The notes: generated by a model not told the origin, from the sequence alone. A stretch of DNA of 64,000 nt from Eubacteriales bacterium (GCA_030526715.1 JAUNCG010000004.1:4932-68931), one strand, 5' to 3'. Counted from the first letter of the stretch, positions 1 to 10,093 are shown. Translations and numbers: made by a program.

Positions 1-57
1 ATAGAGGTCGCGGAGGATCATATCATCGACAATGCGGCGCAGGAGAGCACGGTAGGC

Positions 58-768
58 ATGACTACGCAGATCAGCGAACGCAAACAGACGGAGATGCTGC
101 TTTTGCTGGGAGATGTGGACGTACCGGAGACACCTCAAGTGGTGCGCAGCAGATTTGTTGTAAATGACACGCCTCATACCATGATGATTGCTGCAAAAGA
201 GCATACGGAGGAATTGTATTATGTGTATGCCAAGGGCAGATTGGACAGTATCTTTGAGCATGCCAATACAGCTATTGTCCGTGCCAATGCTCTTTACGGT
301 GTGGTGGTGAACCAGAAGCAGCAGTATATTTGGGAAAGAGGAAATCGGCCGACGACGGCAGAAATTCCTCTGGGGCAGATTCCCCCCGGAGTTCTTCAAT
401 GCGAATTAGATCCGGATACTCTGGCGGCGCAGCTGCCGGATAAAATGGTGATCGATCTGACCGGCTGCACCATGGAAGAGATCCTGTATTTTGTGGGAAC
501 CGGAAGTCCGGTCATCGCAGATACAACGGACGGTCCCCGGGTAGTCATCGGATATGACCAGTGGGGAAATGTGAAGTTCTATAATCCGAAGGCCACCGGT
601 GAAGAGGTATATAATAATTCCTACTATGATGAGAACGGTGAATACGTGGAGGACAGCAATAAGCGCACAGCAGCAGAAACCTATCTTCTGAGCGACGAAG
701 ATACCCTGAAGCTGTTTGAAGCCTCCGGAAACATATTTATCAGTTATCTGGATAAAAAGGATGAGTAA
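58..768 (+). CDS. hypothetical protein (no family recognised)
   Basis: 236-aa ORF. The frame stays open back to position 1, so the true start may lie upstream of the window. mntP follows 15 nt downstream on the same strand. Confidence 0.45.
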   Translation: MTTQISERKQTEMLLLLGDVDVPETPQVVRSRFVVNDTPHTMMIAAKEHTEELYYVYAKGRLDSIFEHANTAIVRANALYGVVVNQKQQYIWERGNRPTTAEIPLGQIPPGVLQCELDPDTLAAQLPDKMVIDLTGCTMEEILYFVGTGSPVIADTTDGPRVVIGYDQWGNVKFYNPKATGEEVYNNSYYDENGEYVEDSNKRTAAETYLLSDEDTLKLFEASGNIFISYLDKKDE

Positions 769-783
769 GACGAAGGAGAAGGT

Positions 784-1365
784 ATGGGAATCATAGAATT
801 GCTGTTACTGGCGGTCGGTCTGTCCATGGATGCCTTTGCGGTGTCTGTCTGTAAAGGACTCGCTATGGGCAGAGTAAGGTTTAAGGATATGGCAGTGTGT
901 GGCGTGTGGTTCGGTGCTTTTCAGGCGCTGATGCCTACGATCGGTTATTTTCTTGGCGCGAGCTTTGAGCAGATCGTTCACACGCTGGCGCCGTGGATCG
1001 CGTTTGTTCTGCTTTCCCTGATCGGAGGCAATATGATCCGGGAAGCGCGCTCCGATGAGGAGGAAGCGGAGGATGCGGGAACAGATGTAAAGACGATGTT
1101 TTTGATGGCGGTGGCCACCAGCATTGATGCGCTGGCGGTCGGAATCACTTTTGCGCTGGTGCCGGTTCAGATATTTCGCGGAGCGCGTCTTGCGAATACG
1201 CTGGTTGGCGTCTGTCTGATCGGTCTGACTACCTTTGGCATTTCCTGCAGTGGGGTCAGGATCGGCAGTATCTTCGGCACAAAGTATAAATCCAGAGCGG
1301 AATGGATGGGAGGCATTATTCTGATATTGATCGGTCTGAGAATTTTGCTGGAACATTTTGTTTAA
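784..1365 (+). CDS. mntP: manganese efflux pump MntP
   Basis: 193 aa, polytopic. The N-terminus LLLAVGLSMDAFAVS and the repeated SIDALAVG motif are typical of the MntP/DUF204 family. Confidence 0.85.
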   Translation: MGIIELLLLAVGLSMDAFAVSVCKGLAMGRVRFKDMAVCGVWFGAFQALMPTIGYFLGASFEQIVHTLAPWIAFVLLSLIGGNMIREARSDEEEAEDAGTDVKTMFLMAVATSIDALAVGITFALVPVQIFRGARLANTLVGVCLIGLTTFGISCSGVRIGSIFGTKYKSRAEWMGGIILILIGLRILLEHFV

Positions 1366-1395
1366 ATCAGAGTAAAATTGTCGGATATCACGAAA

Positions 1396-1413
1396 GTGTT
1401 AATAATTTAACAA
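1396..1413 (+). promoter_or_regulatory. candidate Rex (redox-sensing repressor) operator
   Basis: GTGTTAATAATTTAACAA. TGTTAA-N4-TTAACA is a perfect inverted repeat that matches the clostridial Rex box TTGTTAAnnnnTTAACAA at 17 of 18 positions. It sits immediately upstream of the ldhA -35. Confidence 0.35.
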
Positions 1414-1419
1414 AAAGAC

Positions 1420-1448
1420 TTGCGACAAAATAAAAGATGTTATATGAT
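1420..1448 (+). promoter_or_regulatory. sigma-A-type promoter for the lactate dehydrogenase gene
   Basis: TTGCGA (1420-1425), 17-nt spacer, TATGAT (1443-1448), about 70 nt upstream of the ATG. Confidence 0.45.
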
Positions 1449-1520
1449 AGCTGTGTGAAAAGCAAAAGAATGGACAAACTAATCACACGATTTGTCCTGT
1501 GAATAGAAAGGAGCAGAGCT

Positions 1521-2507
1521 ATGCGTATAACATTTTTTGCATCTAAGAAGTATGATATTGATTCTTTTAATTCCATTAAAGGGCAGTATCCGGAGCTAGA
1601 GCTGGAATACTGGGAGACCGAATTATCGCCCAAGACCGCATCCTATGTGACGGACAGCGAAGCGATCTGCGCATTTGTAAGCTCTGACGTCAGCCGTGAG
1701 ACCCTGCGGGTACTTCACGACCGGGGCGTGAAGCTGGTTCTGATGCGCTGTGCAGGCTTTAACAATGTAGATCTGGAGGCAGCTACAGAGTATGGAATCA
1801 AGGTCATGCGTGTGCCGGGATATTCTCCGGAGGCGGTGGCAGAGCATGCCATTGCACTGGCTATGGCGGTGAACCGCCATCTGCACAAGGCCTATATCCG
1901 TGTGCGTGAGAATAACTTTAGCCTTCAGGGGCTGGAGGGTATGAACTTCTATGGCAAGACCGCAGGCATCATCGGTACCGGTAAGATCGGTGCGGCGATG
2001 GCGCGCATCTGCCGGGGCTTTGGTATGAAGGTCATCGGATATGATATGTACCATAATCCGGATCTTGATTTTATGGAGTATGTGGAGTTGGATGAGCTGT
2101 TGGCCAAGAGCGATCTAATCTCGCTGCACTGCCCGTTGCTGGACAGCACACATCACATGATCAATCTGGAGACGATCGGGAAAATGAAGGATGGTGTGAT
2201 CCTGATCAATACCTCCCGCGGCGGCCTGATCAAGACCGAGGATCTGATCGCAGGTATCCGTGATCACAAGTTTGCAGGCGTGGGTCTGGACGTCTATGAG
2301 GAAGAGGCGGGCAATGTATTTGAAAATCGCGAGGATGAGATCCTGATGCATTCCACCACTTCTAGACTGCTGTCGTTCCCGAATGTCATCGTGACGTCTC
2401 ATCAGGGCTTCTTCAGCCGCGAGGCGCTCGAGGCCATCGGTCAGACAACGCTGGACAATGCCATGGCGTTCCTGAAAAATGAGAAGAGCTCAACAGAACT
2501 AAACTAA
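1521..2507 (+). CDS. ldhA: D-lactate dehydrogenase / D-isomer-specific 2-hydroxyacid dehydrogenase
   Basis: 328 aa. NAD fold GIIGTGKIGAAMA. The N-terminus MRITFF..KKYD and the catalytic-domain layout are typical of LdhA-type enzymes. Confidence 0.8.
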   Translation: MRITFFASKKYDIDSFNSIKGQYPELELEYWETELSPKTASYVTDSEAICAFVSSDVSRETLRVLHDRGVKLVLMRCAGFNNVDLEAATEYGIKVMRVPGYSPEAVAEHAIALAMAVNRHLHKAYIRVRENNFSLQGLEGMNFYGKTAGIIGTGKIGAAMARICRGFGMKVIGYDMYHNPDLDFMEYVELDELLAKSDLISLHCPLLDSTHHMINLETIGKMKDGVILINTSRGGLIKTEDLIAGIRDHKFAGVGLDVYEEEAGNVFENREDEILMHSTTSRLLSFPNVIVTSHQGFFSREALEAIGQTTLDNAMAFLKNEKSSTELN

Positions 2508-2567
2508 GCCATAGAATTAAAAAAAGAATTGTGTTATGATACCTGAAGAAAGAGATCGGAGGGTATC

Positions 2568-3170
2568 ATGCGCAGGAATCATACAAAAAATACCAGAGGA
2601 AAGATTATTGCGGCAGCTTGGAAGCTGTTCTACGAGCAGGGGTATGAGGATACCACCGTAGATGAGATCATCGCGGAGGCAAGGACATCGAAAGGATCGT
2701 TTTACCACTACTTCAAAGGAAAGGACGCGCTGCTCTCTACACTTTCCAATCTGTTTGATGAGAAGTATGAGGAATTGATGGATGAGATCGATCCTGCCAT
2801 GAGCAGCTATGAGAAATTACTCTATCTGAACAATGAGTTGTTTTCCATGATAGAGAACAGTATCGCCATTGATCTGTTGGCGCGACTGCTCTCCACACAG
2901 CTGGTGACGCGGGGAGAGAAATCCCTGTTGGATCGCAGCCGCCTCTATTATCGCCTGCTGAATAAGATCATTCTGGAAGGACAGGAGCTCGGAGAGCTTC
3001 GCAAGGATCTGTCCGTGGGAGAGATCGTGAAGGCCTATGCTATCTGCGAGCGGTCATTTCTCTATGACTGGTGTATCTCGGGAGGGGAGTATTCCCTGAG
3101 AACCTATTCACAGAAGATGCTGCCGATCTTTCTGGCAGACTTTCGTGTTGCGGGCAATACAGGAATTTAA
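2568..3170 (+). CDS. TetR/AcrR family transcriptional regulator
   Basis: 200 aa. N-terminal HTH: IIAAAWKLFYEQGYEDTTVDEIIAEARTSKGSFYHYFKGKDAL. Confidence 0.85.
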   Translation: MRRNHTKNTRGKIIAAAWKLFYEQGYEDTTVDEIIAEARTSKGSFYHYFKGKDALLSTLSNLFDEKYEELMDEIDPAMSSYEKLLYLNNELFSMIENSIAIDLLARLLSTQLVTRGEKSLLDRSRLYYRLLNKIILEGQELGELRKDLSVGEIVKAYAICERSFLYDWCISGGEYSLRTYSQKMLPIFLADFRVAGNTGI

Positions 3171-3376
3171 AATATTATGATAGGAACCGGCCTTGTGTAG
3201 AAATACATGAGGTCGGTTTTGCATTCTCAATGCAAAGAATAAGAGTGTACTAATAAAAGTACAATATAGTATAATGATATATACAAAAAATAGTCTATAT
3301 TTTAATGCAGTTAAATAACAGATAAAATACATATTTTCAAAATAAAGTATAGACTTTAGTCTAAACTTCGTTCCAC

Positions 3377-3405
3377 TTGCCGTATCTGAATTGGAATGTT
3401 ATACT
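3377..3405 (+). promoter_or_regulatory. sigma-A-type promoter (extended -10) for putP
   Basis: TTGCCG, 17-nt spacer, TATACT, preceded by TG at 3397-3398. Confidence 0.4.
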
Positions 3406-3435
3406 ACCTCCATAAGAAAAAGAGGAGGAACTGAA

Positions 3436-4965
3436 ATGACACAGGCAGGAATATGTATTATGCTGGCGATTATCGTGTATCTGAGCCTTGTGCTGTACAT
3501 CGGGTATCGTTTTTCAAAGAAAAATAACAGCGCGGATGATTTTTATCTGGGAGGAAGAAAGCTTGGTCCGTTTGTGACCGCCATGAGTGCGGAGGCATCC
3601 GATATGAGTAGCTGGCTTCTGATGGGTCTTCCCGGGGTGGCCTATCTCGCCGGAATTGCCGACGCGGGATGGACGGCCATCGGACTTGCGGTAGGCACCT
3701 ATGTGAACTGGCTGGTGGTGGCAAAGCGGCTTCACCGTTACACGATTGCGGCAAACAATTCCTTTACCCTGCCGCAGTTTTTTGCAAACCGTTACAGAGA
3801 TAACAAGAGGATCCTGCAGTATGTGGCGGCGATCGTGATCGTGATTTTCTTTGTACCGTATACAGCATCCGGATTCGCAGCATGCGGCAAACTGTTTTCC
3901 AGTCTGTTTGGTGTGAAATATTTTACCGCCATGGTCGTGAGCGCGGTGATCATCGTGGGATATACGACGCTTGGAGGCTTTCTTGCGGCATCTACCACGG
4001 ACTTTATACAGAGTATTATCATGACGATCGCACTGATCATCGTGGTAGTATACGGCGTGAATGTGGCAGGCGGTCTGAATGTGGTGGTAGATAATGCCAA
4101 AGCGCTTCCGGGATATCTGGATATGTTTGCGTCTCACAATGCGGCGGATAACACCGCAAGTCCGTACGGAGTTCTGACGATCGTCTCCACTTTGGCATGG
4201 GGACTTGGATATTTTGGTATGCCTCATATCCTGCTTCGCTTTATGGCAATCGAAGATGGAAAGAAGCTGAGTCTTTCCAGAAGAGTTGCGACGATCTGGG
4301 TAGTGATCTCTATGTCGGTGGCAGTGTTTATTGGTATTGTCGGCTACAGCGTGAGTAAGACGGGCAGTCTGGAGATGCTGGAGGGCAGCAATTCCGAGAC
4401 GATTATCGTGAGAATTGCAGATCTGCTCAGTCAGCACGGGGTGCTTACGGCATTGCTTGCAGGCGTGATCCTTGCGGGGATTCTTGCCAGTACCATGTCT
4501 ACGGCAGATTCACAGCTTCTGGCAGCAGCCTCTGCGGTATCCTCCGATCTGCTGGGAAAGCGACTGCAAAAGGGCGGTAAGAGCGCGCTTCTGGCAGCGA
4601 GAGTTACGCTGGTGCTGATTGCCGTGCTGGGCGTATTTTTGGCGAGAGATCCGAACAGCTCTGTATTTAGCATCGTATCCTTTGCGTGGGCAGGCTTCGG
4701 AGCCTCCTTTGGTCCGGTCGTATTGTTTGCATTGTTCTGGAAACGCTCCAACCGTTACGGCGCTTTGGCAGGTATGGTAGCAGGAGGCGTTACGATCTTC
4801 GTGTGGAAGTATCTGGTTCGTCCTATGGGCGGCATCTGGAATATTTATGAATTGCTTCCGGCCTTCCTGATTGCCTGTGTAGCCATTGTGCTGGTGAGCC
4901 TGCTCACACCTGCTCCGGAGAAGGAGATCGTGGAAGAATTTGAACGTGTGGCGGCAAACCGCTAA
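3436..4965 (+). CDS. putP: sodium/proline symporter (SSS family)
   Basis: About 13 TM segments, with SSS-family motifs (FYLGGRKLGPFVTAMSAEASDMSSWLLMGLPG). The start is moved to the ATG at 3436, which follows AGAGGAGG. Confidence 0.85.
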   Translation: MTQAGICIMLAIIVYLSLVLYIGYRFSKKNNSADDFYLGGRKLGPFVTAMSAEASDMSSWLLMGLPGVAYLAGIADAGWTAIGLAVGTYVNWLVVAKRLHRYTIAANNSFTLPQFFANRYRDNKRILQYVAAIVIVIFFVPYTASGFAACGKLFSSLFGVKYFTAMVVSAVIIVGYTTLGGFLAASTTDFIQSIIMTIALIIVVVYGVNVAGGLNVVVDNAKALPGYLDMFASHNAADNTASPYGVLTIVSTLAWGLGYFGMPHILLRFMAIEDGKKLSLSRRVATIWVVISMSVAVFIGIVGYSVSKTGSLEMLEGSNSETIIVRIADLLSQHGVLTALLAGVILAGILASTMSTADSQLLAAASAVSSDLLGKRLQKGGKSALLAARVTLVLIAVLGVFLARDPNSSVFSIVSFAWAGFGASFGPVVLFALFWKRSNRYGALAGMVAGGVTIFVWKYLVRPMGGIWNIYELLPAFLIACVAIVLVSLLTPAPEKEIVEEFERVAANR

Positions 4966-5094
4966 AAATCATTTTGCTCTATAGAGGTATCTGTGTTATG
5001 ATGAGTGTCAGAATAATCTGGCACTCATTTTTTGTGAAAAGGAGTGTCTGCAAGGCAGGTGTTTTGCCTGTCAGATTTTATGAGGTGATAATGT

Positions 5095-6042
5095 ATGAGA
5101 TATCAAAAACTGATCCTGACAGCAGCGCTGCTGCTGACTTTGACGGGATGTCGCGACCGCGGACCGTCGGCGCTTGAGACGGCGCGGAATGCGGCGCTGG
5201 AATATATGGCAAATGCACAATATGAGGCGGCAGTGACGGAGCTTGAGAATGCGTATCAGCTTTGCGATGAGAAGATGCCGCAGACAAAGACGGATATCAG
5301 TCTATATGAGGCGGCCTGCTATCTGAAGCTGGAAAACTATGAACAGGTGCGGACGGTATGTACCAGAATTTTGGGACTGGGAGAGAATTCGGACGCCTAC
5401 TATATGAGGGGTGCAGCCTTCCTGCAGCTTGGCGAGGCAGAGGCGGCAAAGGCGGATTTTGACCGCTCGGTACAGCTGGACGCTTCAAACTATGAGCTAT
5501 ATCTGAATATTTATCAGCAGTATGAGGCTCAGAATCAGTCGGCAATCGGTGATGTCTATCTGCAGACAGCACTGAATATAGAGGGAGAAGAAACGGAAGA
5601 CTATTATCAGAAGGGCTGTATTTATTTTTATTTGAAGGATTATCCCAGAGCGCAGGAGGCATTGGCAGTGCCGGTAGAACAGAGGTATCAGAAAGCGATG
5701 GAGCTGATGGGAGAGGTTTATCTGGCACAGGGGGATACCGTGCATGCCCGAAATGTATACCAGCAGTGCATCGAAGCCTTCGGAGAGACGGCGGAGGCAT
5801 ATAACGGGATTGTGCTCTGTGATATCGCGGATGGGGCATATGATGCAGCCATCTCAGACGCAGATGCGGGACTGACGCTTGACGGAGAGAACGGAAAACG
5901 GGATCTGCGCTATAATCAGATCGTCGCATACGAGAAAAAACTGGATTTCGAGACAGCCAAGGCCAAAGCGCAGGAGTTTGCAGAGCTTTATCCGGAGGAT
6001 GAGGCCGGTAAAAAGGAGTATGACTTCCTGATCACACGATGA
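5095..6042 (+). CDS. TPR-repeat lipoprotein
   Basis: Signal peptide with lipobox LTLTGC. The body consists of repeated A/Y/L-rich TPR-like helices. Confidence 0.65.
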   Translation: MRYQKLILTAALLLTLTGCRDRGPSALETARNAALEYMANAQYEAAVTELENAYQLCDEKMPQTKTDISLYEAACYLKLENYEQVRTVCTRILGLGENSDAYYMRGAAFLQLGEAEAAKADFDRSVQLDASNYELYLNIYQQYEAQNQSAIGDVYLQTALNIEGEETEDYYQKGCIYFYLKDYPRAQEALAVPVEQRYQKAMELMGEVYLAQGDTVHARNVYQQCIEAFGETAEAYNGIVLCDIADGAYDAAISDADAGLTLDGENGKRDLRYNQIVAYEKKLDFETAKAKAQEFAELYPEDEAGKKEYDFLITR

Positions 6043-6095
6043 TCAGGAACAATACAAGTATAAAAACACGCCGATAGAATAGTGAGGTGACGTGT

Positions 6096-7343
6096 ATGGC
6101 AGGATATAATATAGAAGAATTGAAGGAACGGGTGATACTGGTGGGTGTCAGCCTGCAGGACGGCGATGATACGCTGCAGTCGCTGGAGGAGCTGGAGGAA
6201 CTGGCAAATACGGCGGGAGCCGAGACCGTGGGAATGGTGATACAGAACAGAGAGCAGATACATCCCGGCACTTATATCGGAAAAGGTAAGATCGAGGAAG
6301 TGCGGCAGCTCGCCTATGAGGTGGAAGCTACCGGAGTTATCTGTGATGATGAGCTGTCACCGGCACAGCTGCGCAATCTGGAGCAGGAGCTGGAGCTGAA
6401 GGTCATGGATCGCACACTGATCATTCTGGATATTTTTGCAGCGAGAGCTTCCACCAGCGAAGGTAAGATACAGGTAGAGCTTGCACAGCTGAAGTATCGT
6501 CTGGCGCGTCTGGTAGGACTGGGAAGCTCTCTGTCCAGACTGGGTGGCGGCATCGGTACGAGAGGTCCCGGTGAGAAAAAGCTGGAGATGGATCGCCGTC
6601 TTATCAAGAATCGTATCGCACAGCTGAATCGGGAGCTGGAGGAGGTCAAGAGACACCGCGAGGTGACGAGAAGCAGACGCAGTCAGAAGTCCACAGCGGT
6701 GGCGGCAATCGTCGGTTATACGAATGCCGGGAAGTCCACGTTGCTCAATACCATGACCGGAGCCGAGGTGCTGGAGGAGGATAAGCTGTTCGCGACGCTG
6801 GATCCCACCACGAGAGTGTTGGAGCTGCCATCGGGACAGGAGATCCTGCTGACGGATACGGTAGGCTTCATCCGAAAGCTTCCCCATCATCTGATTGAGG
6901 CATTTCGAAGCACACTGGAGGAGGCCAAATACGCGGATATTATTCTGCATGTGGTAGATGCGTCCAATCCGCAGATGGAGCAGCAGATGCTGGTTGTCTA
7001 TGATACGCTGGCCAATCTTGGTGTGAAAGACAAGACGGTGATCACGTTGTTTAATAAGCAGGATCGGCTGGAGGAGCAGCGACGGTTCCGGGATCATAAG
7101 GCGGATCATGTGGCAGCTATTTCAGCAAAATACGGATACGGACTGGAGGATGTGAAGACGGTTCTTGAGAAAATTCTGGATGAACGTCAGGTGCTGATTG
7201 AGCGTCTTTACGATTATAAGGATGCGGGAGTGATTCAGCTGATCCGGAAATACGGGCGTCTTCTGGAGGAGGATTACCGGGCGGAAGGGATCTATGTCAG
7301 AGCTTATGTACCCATGGAGATCTATGGCTCCGTGACCCCTTAA
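6096..7343 (+). CDS. hflX: GTPase HflX
   Basis: HflX N-terminal domain plus G domain (GYTNAGKSTLLNTMTG, DTVGF, NKQD). The ATG at 6096 follows GAGGTG. Confidence 0.9.
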   Translation: MAGYNIEELKERVILVGVSLQDGDDTLQSLEELEELANTAGAETVGMVIQNREQIHPGTYIGKGKIEEVRQLAYEVEATGVICDDELSPAQLRNLEQELELKVMDRTLIILDIFAARASTSEGKIQVELAQLKYRLARLVGLGSSLSRLGGGIGTRGPGEKKLEMDRRLIKNRIAQLNRELEEVKRHREVTRSRRSQKSTAVAAIVGYTNAGKSTLLNTMTGAEVLEEDKLFATLDPTTRVLELPSGQEILLTDTVGFIRKLPHHLIEAFRSTLEEAKYADIILHVVDASNPQMEQQMLVVYDTLANLGVKDKTVITLFNKQDRLEEQRRFRDHKADHVAAISAKYGYGLEDVKTVLEKILDERQVLIERLYDYKDAGVIQLIRKYGRLLEEDYRAEGIYVRAYVPMEIYGSVTP

Positions 7344-7413
7344 TACTCCTGTATTTTCCGTGAAAAATGCATAAAAATATCTGTGAAACAGCTCTGTTAT
7401 AATGAAAAATTTC

Positions 7414-7442
7414 TTGACATTTACTGGGGGCACGCATATAAT
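7414..7442 (+). promoter_or_regulatory. consensus sigma-A promoter of the cold-shock gene
   Basis: Perfect TTGACA (7414-7419), 17-nt spacer, perfect TATAAT (7437-7442). Confidence 0.6.
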
Positions 7443-7491
7443 TACGAGTGTAATTCGTTTACAATTTTTATTTTTTTATGGAGGTACCAAA

Positions 7492-7692
7492 ATGAACAAG
7501 GGTACAGTTAAGTGGTTCAACGCAGAAAAGGGTTATGGATTTATCACAGGCGAAGACGGAGCAGATGTATTCGTACATTTCTCAGCTATCCAGGGTGAAG
7601 GATTCAAGTCTCTGGAGGAAGGTCAGTCTGTTTCTTACGATTTGACAGAAGGCGCTCGCGGCATGCAGGCTGCTAACGTTGTTAAATTATAA
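7492..7692 (+). CDS. cspA: cold-shock protein (CspA family)
   Basis: 66 aa: [18 protein letters not shown]...VFVHFSAI, containing the RNP1 and RNP2 motifs. Confidence 0.95.
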   Translation: MNKGTVKWFNAEKGYGFITGEDGADVFVHFSAIQGEGFKSLEEGQSVSYDLTEGARGMQAANVVKL

Positions 7693-7723
7693 TATCAGAG
7701 ATTAATCTAACGAAGCGTAAAAG

Positions 7724-7756
7724 ATTCCCCCTTGCATTGCGAGGGGGAATTTTTTC
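7724..7756 (+). terminator. Rho-independent terminator
   Basis: ATTCCCCCT / GAGGGGGAAT stem followed by TTTTTT. Confidence 0.8.
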
Positions 7757-7807
7757 TTAGACAGAAGGAAGAAGACACAGCACAGGAATAGGAAACGGGG
7801 GAAGAAG

Positions 7808-8533
7808 ATGAAGCTGGAAGTTGTCTATGAGGATAAGGATATGCTGATCTGTCGCAAACCGGCAGGACTTGCGGTGCAGAGCGCCTCCATCGGCAGAAAG
7901 GATCTGGAGAGTCTGGTACGCACGTATCTTTTTGAAAAAAGCGGTCAGACCAATCCTTATCTTGGAATCATACATCGGCTGGATCAGCCGGTGCAGGGGC
8001 TGGTGGTATTTGCGAAGAATCAGAAGAGTGCGGCAGATCTGAGCAGACAGGTACAGGATGGACGCATGAAGAAGCATTATCTTGCAATCGTCGAGGGAGA
8101 TCCGAAGCCTGAGGAGACGCTGACGCATTATCTGAAAAAGGAACCTCGGGGGAATTTGTCTGCAGCGGTATCAGAAAAGACTCCGGGAGCGAAAAAAGCG
8201 ACCCTTACTTATCGATGGAAGAAAAGCGATTCCTCGGGGAAATCTCTGGTGGAGATTGAACTGTTTACAGGGCGTCATCATCAGATCCGGGTGCAGATGG
8301 CGGCTGCGAAGCTTCCGCTTGTGGGCGATGTGAAATATCGTCCGCGGGAGGATGCATTGCTACAGTCCGGTTCAACGGGAGAGGGAGCAAAGCATTTTAA
8401 CAGAGAACAGCTGGCTTTATGTGCATATCGTCTGGAGCTGCAGCAGCCGCGCAATGGCAGGAAGCTGGTAGTTACCAGCAGACCAGAGGGAAGCTTGTGG
8501 GATGGATTTTCAGAATATCTGTCAGAGCTGTAA
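7808..8533 (+). CDS. RluA-family pseudouridine synthase
   Basis: 241 aa. Motifs: VVYEDKDMLICRKPAG, HRLDQPVQGLVVFAK, and HQIRVQ near the C-terminus. Confidence 0.8.
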   Translation: MKLEVVYEDKDMLICRKPAGLAVQSASIGRKDLESLVRTYLFEKSGQTNPYLGIIHRLDQPVQGLVVFAKNQKSAADLSRQVQDGRMKKHYLAIVEGDPKPEETLTHYLKKEPRGNLSAAVSEKTPGAKKATLTYRWKKSDSSGKSLVEIELFTGRHHQIRVQMAAAKLPLVGDVKYRPREDALLQSGSTGEGAKHFNREQLALCAYRLELQQPRNGRKLVVTSRPEGSLWDGFSEYLSEL

Positions 8534-8613
8534 AATATATGAAATTGTGATCTATACATAGAACCGGAATTTCCGAGCCATACTAATCCGGAGAAAGCAC
8601 TGGAGGACGGAAG

Positions 8614-9639
8614 ATGTTGCATGGCTGCAGGAATCTGATAAAAATAGTGGGAATTACCGTGGCAGTATATTTTTTAATGCGTTATATGCTGCCGGTGGTG
8701 TTCCCTTTTTTGCTTGCGGGATTGCTGGTACGTCTGGTTATGCCATGGAGCCTGTTCCTACAGAAAAAATTGCATATCAAAAAAGAAATCGCCGGATTGG
8801 TGCTGATCATATTGCTGTGTTTTGGGGTGGGGATCGCCCTGTATTTTCTGGGCTGCGGTCTGATACGACAGATGACCGGCTTCGCGGCAAATATAGAGAA
8901 ATATATGGAGCGAGCCAGAAGTCTATTGAATGGCTGCTGTGGTATGGTAGAAAAACAGACTGGAATTCATGCGGCAGAGGTGCAGAGTTTTTTATATGAT
9001 AATATAGAAGTCCTTGGGACGAGGATGCGTACCACACTGGTTCCCGGAATGGTGAAAAATTCGATTTCCTGCTTTATGATCGCTATGAAATGGCTGGGAG
9101 AGGGGCTGGTCATTCTGGTATCTGTGGCTATGATATTGAAGGATTATGATGGACTTCGGGAGAAGCTTATGGAATATCCGCTGTTTTGCCGGATCCGAAA
9201 GCTTGCACAGGCCATGCAGTCGCTGGGTGGAGCTTGGCTGCGGGCACAGCTGCTGATCATATTGCTGGTGACGGTGATCTGTACGGTGGGACTGTGGCTG
9301 CTTCATTATCCCTACGCCTTACTGCTCGGGGTTGTGATAGGACTTTTGGACGCTTTTCCCTTTATCGGAACGGGTACGGTACTGATACCATGGGGAATAT
9401 ACTGTCTGATCAGAGGAGACTTTGTCTATGGAGCCGGTCTGCTCGTGATCTTTACGCTGACCAATACGCTGCGGGAATATCTGGAACCCAAGCTGATCGG
9501 CGAGCGGATCGGTGTGCTTCCGATTTTTATGGTAGCGGCGGTCTACATCGGTCTGCGAGTATTTGGAACTGTCGGTGTGCTTCTGGGACCCATCAGCCTC
9601 ATGTTGATCTTCGAGCTGTATCGGGAATGTGATGAATAG
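8614..9639 (+). CDS. ytvI: AI-2E family transporter / sporulation integral membrane protein YtvI-like
   Basis: 341 aa, polytopic. C-terminal LLDAFPFIGTG...LIGERIGV motif of the AI-2E (PerM/YtvI) family. Confidence 0.7.
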   Translation: MLHGCRNLIKIVGITVAVYFLMRYMLPVVFPFLLAGLLVRLVMPWSLFLQKKLHIKKEIAGLVLIILLCFGVGIALYFLGCGLIRQMTGFAANIEKYMERARSLLNGCCGMVEKQTGIHAAEVQSFLYDNIEVLGTRMRTTLVPGMVKNSISCFMIAMKWLGEGLVILVSVAMILKDYDGLREKLMEYPLFCRIRKLAQAMQSLGGAWLRAQLLIILLVTVICTVGLWLLHYPYALLLGVVIGLLDAFPFIGTGTVLIPWGIYCLIRGDFVYGAGLLVIFTLTNTLREYLEPKLIGERIGVLPIFMVAAVYIGLRVFGTVGVLLGPISLMLIFELYRECDE

Positions 9640-9656
9640 GATGTACTACACACCTG

Positions 9657-10001
9657 CTAGTTCGGTGAATCCTGCGAAGCATAGTCTTCGATGAGGGAAT
9701 CCACCAGCTTACGTCGTGACTCGGAGAGTATACGATACCGTTGGAGAATCCGTACCTCCTGCGCGGACAGATAATTGGGATCGTCGATCAACTGTCCATA
9801 GAGTGCGGGGACGTCGGAATTTCCCACAATATAATCGATGGAGACCTGAAAAAAATGGGACATGGCCTTCAGCGTCTGGATATCCGGCTGAGAGACATCA
9901 TTTTCATATTTATAGATAGACTGTTGCGTAGTATTCAGTTTCTCTGCCAGCTTTTGTTGACTCAAGCCCAGACTGTGTCTTAGCAGTTTTAAATGCTCCA
10001 T
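9657..10001 (-). CDS. XRE-family helix-turn-helix transcriptional regulator
   Basis: 114 aa. N-terminal HTH_3: LRHSLGLSQQKLAEKLNTTQQSIYKYEND. Confidence 0.8.
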   Translation of the reverse strand: MEHLKLLRHSLGLSQQKLAEKLNTTQQSIYKYENDVSQPDIQTLKAMSHFFQVSIDYIVGNSDVPALYGQLIDDPNYLSAQEVRILQRYRILSESRRKLVDSLIEDYASQDSPN

Positions 10002-10093
10002 CGTGCGCTCCTTTTTTCTTTTATTTTATCAAAAGTCACACAGTCGCATAAAACTAGATAAGATTAATATTAACAACCTTTAAGATTGAATGC

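Noticed and set aside
769-783. Expected a yybP-ykoY Mn2+ riboswitch upstream of mntP.
   Set aside because: Only 15 nt separate mntP from the preceding ORF, so there is no room for the ~100-nt riboswitch. Regulation, if any, must lie upstream of the window.
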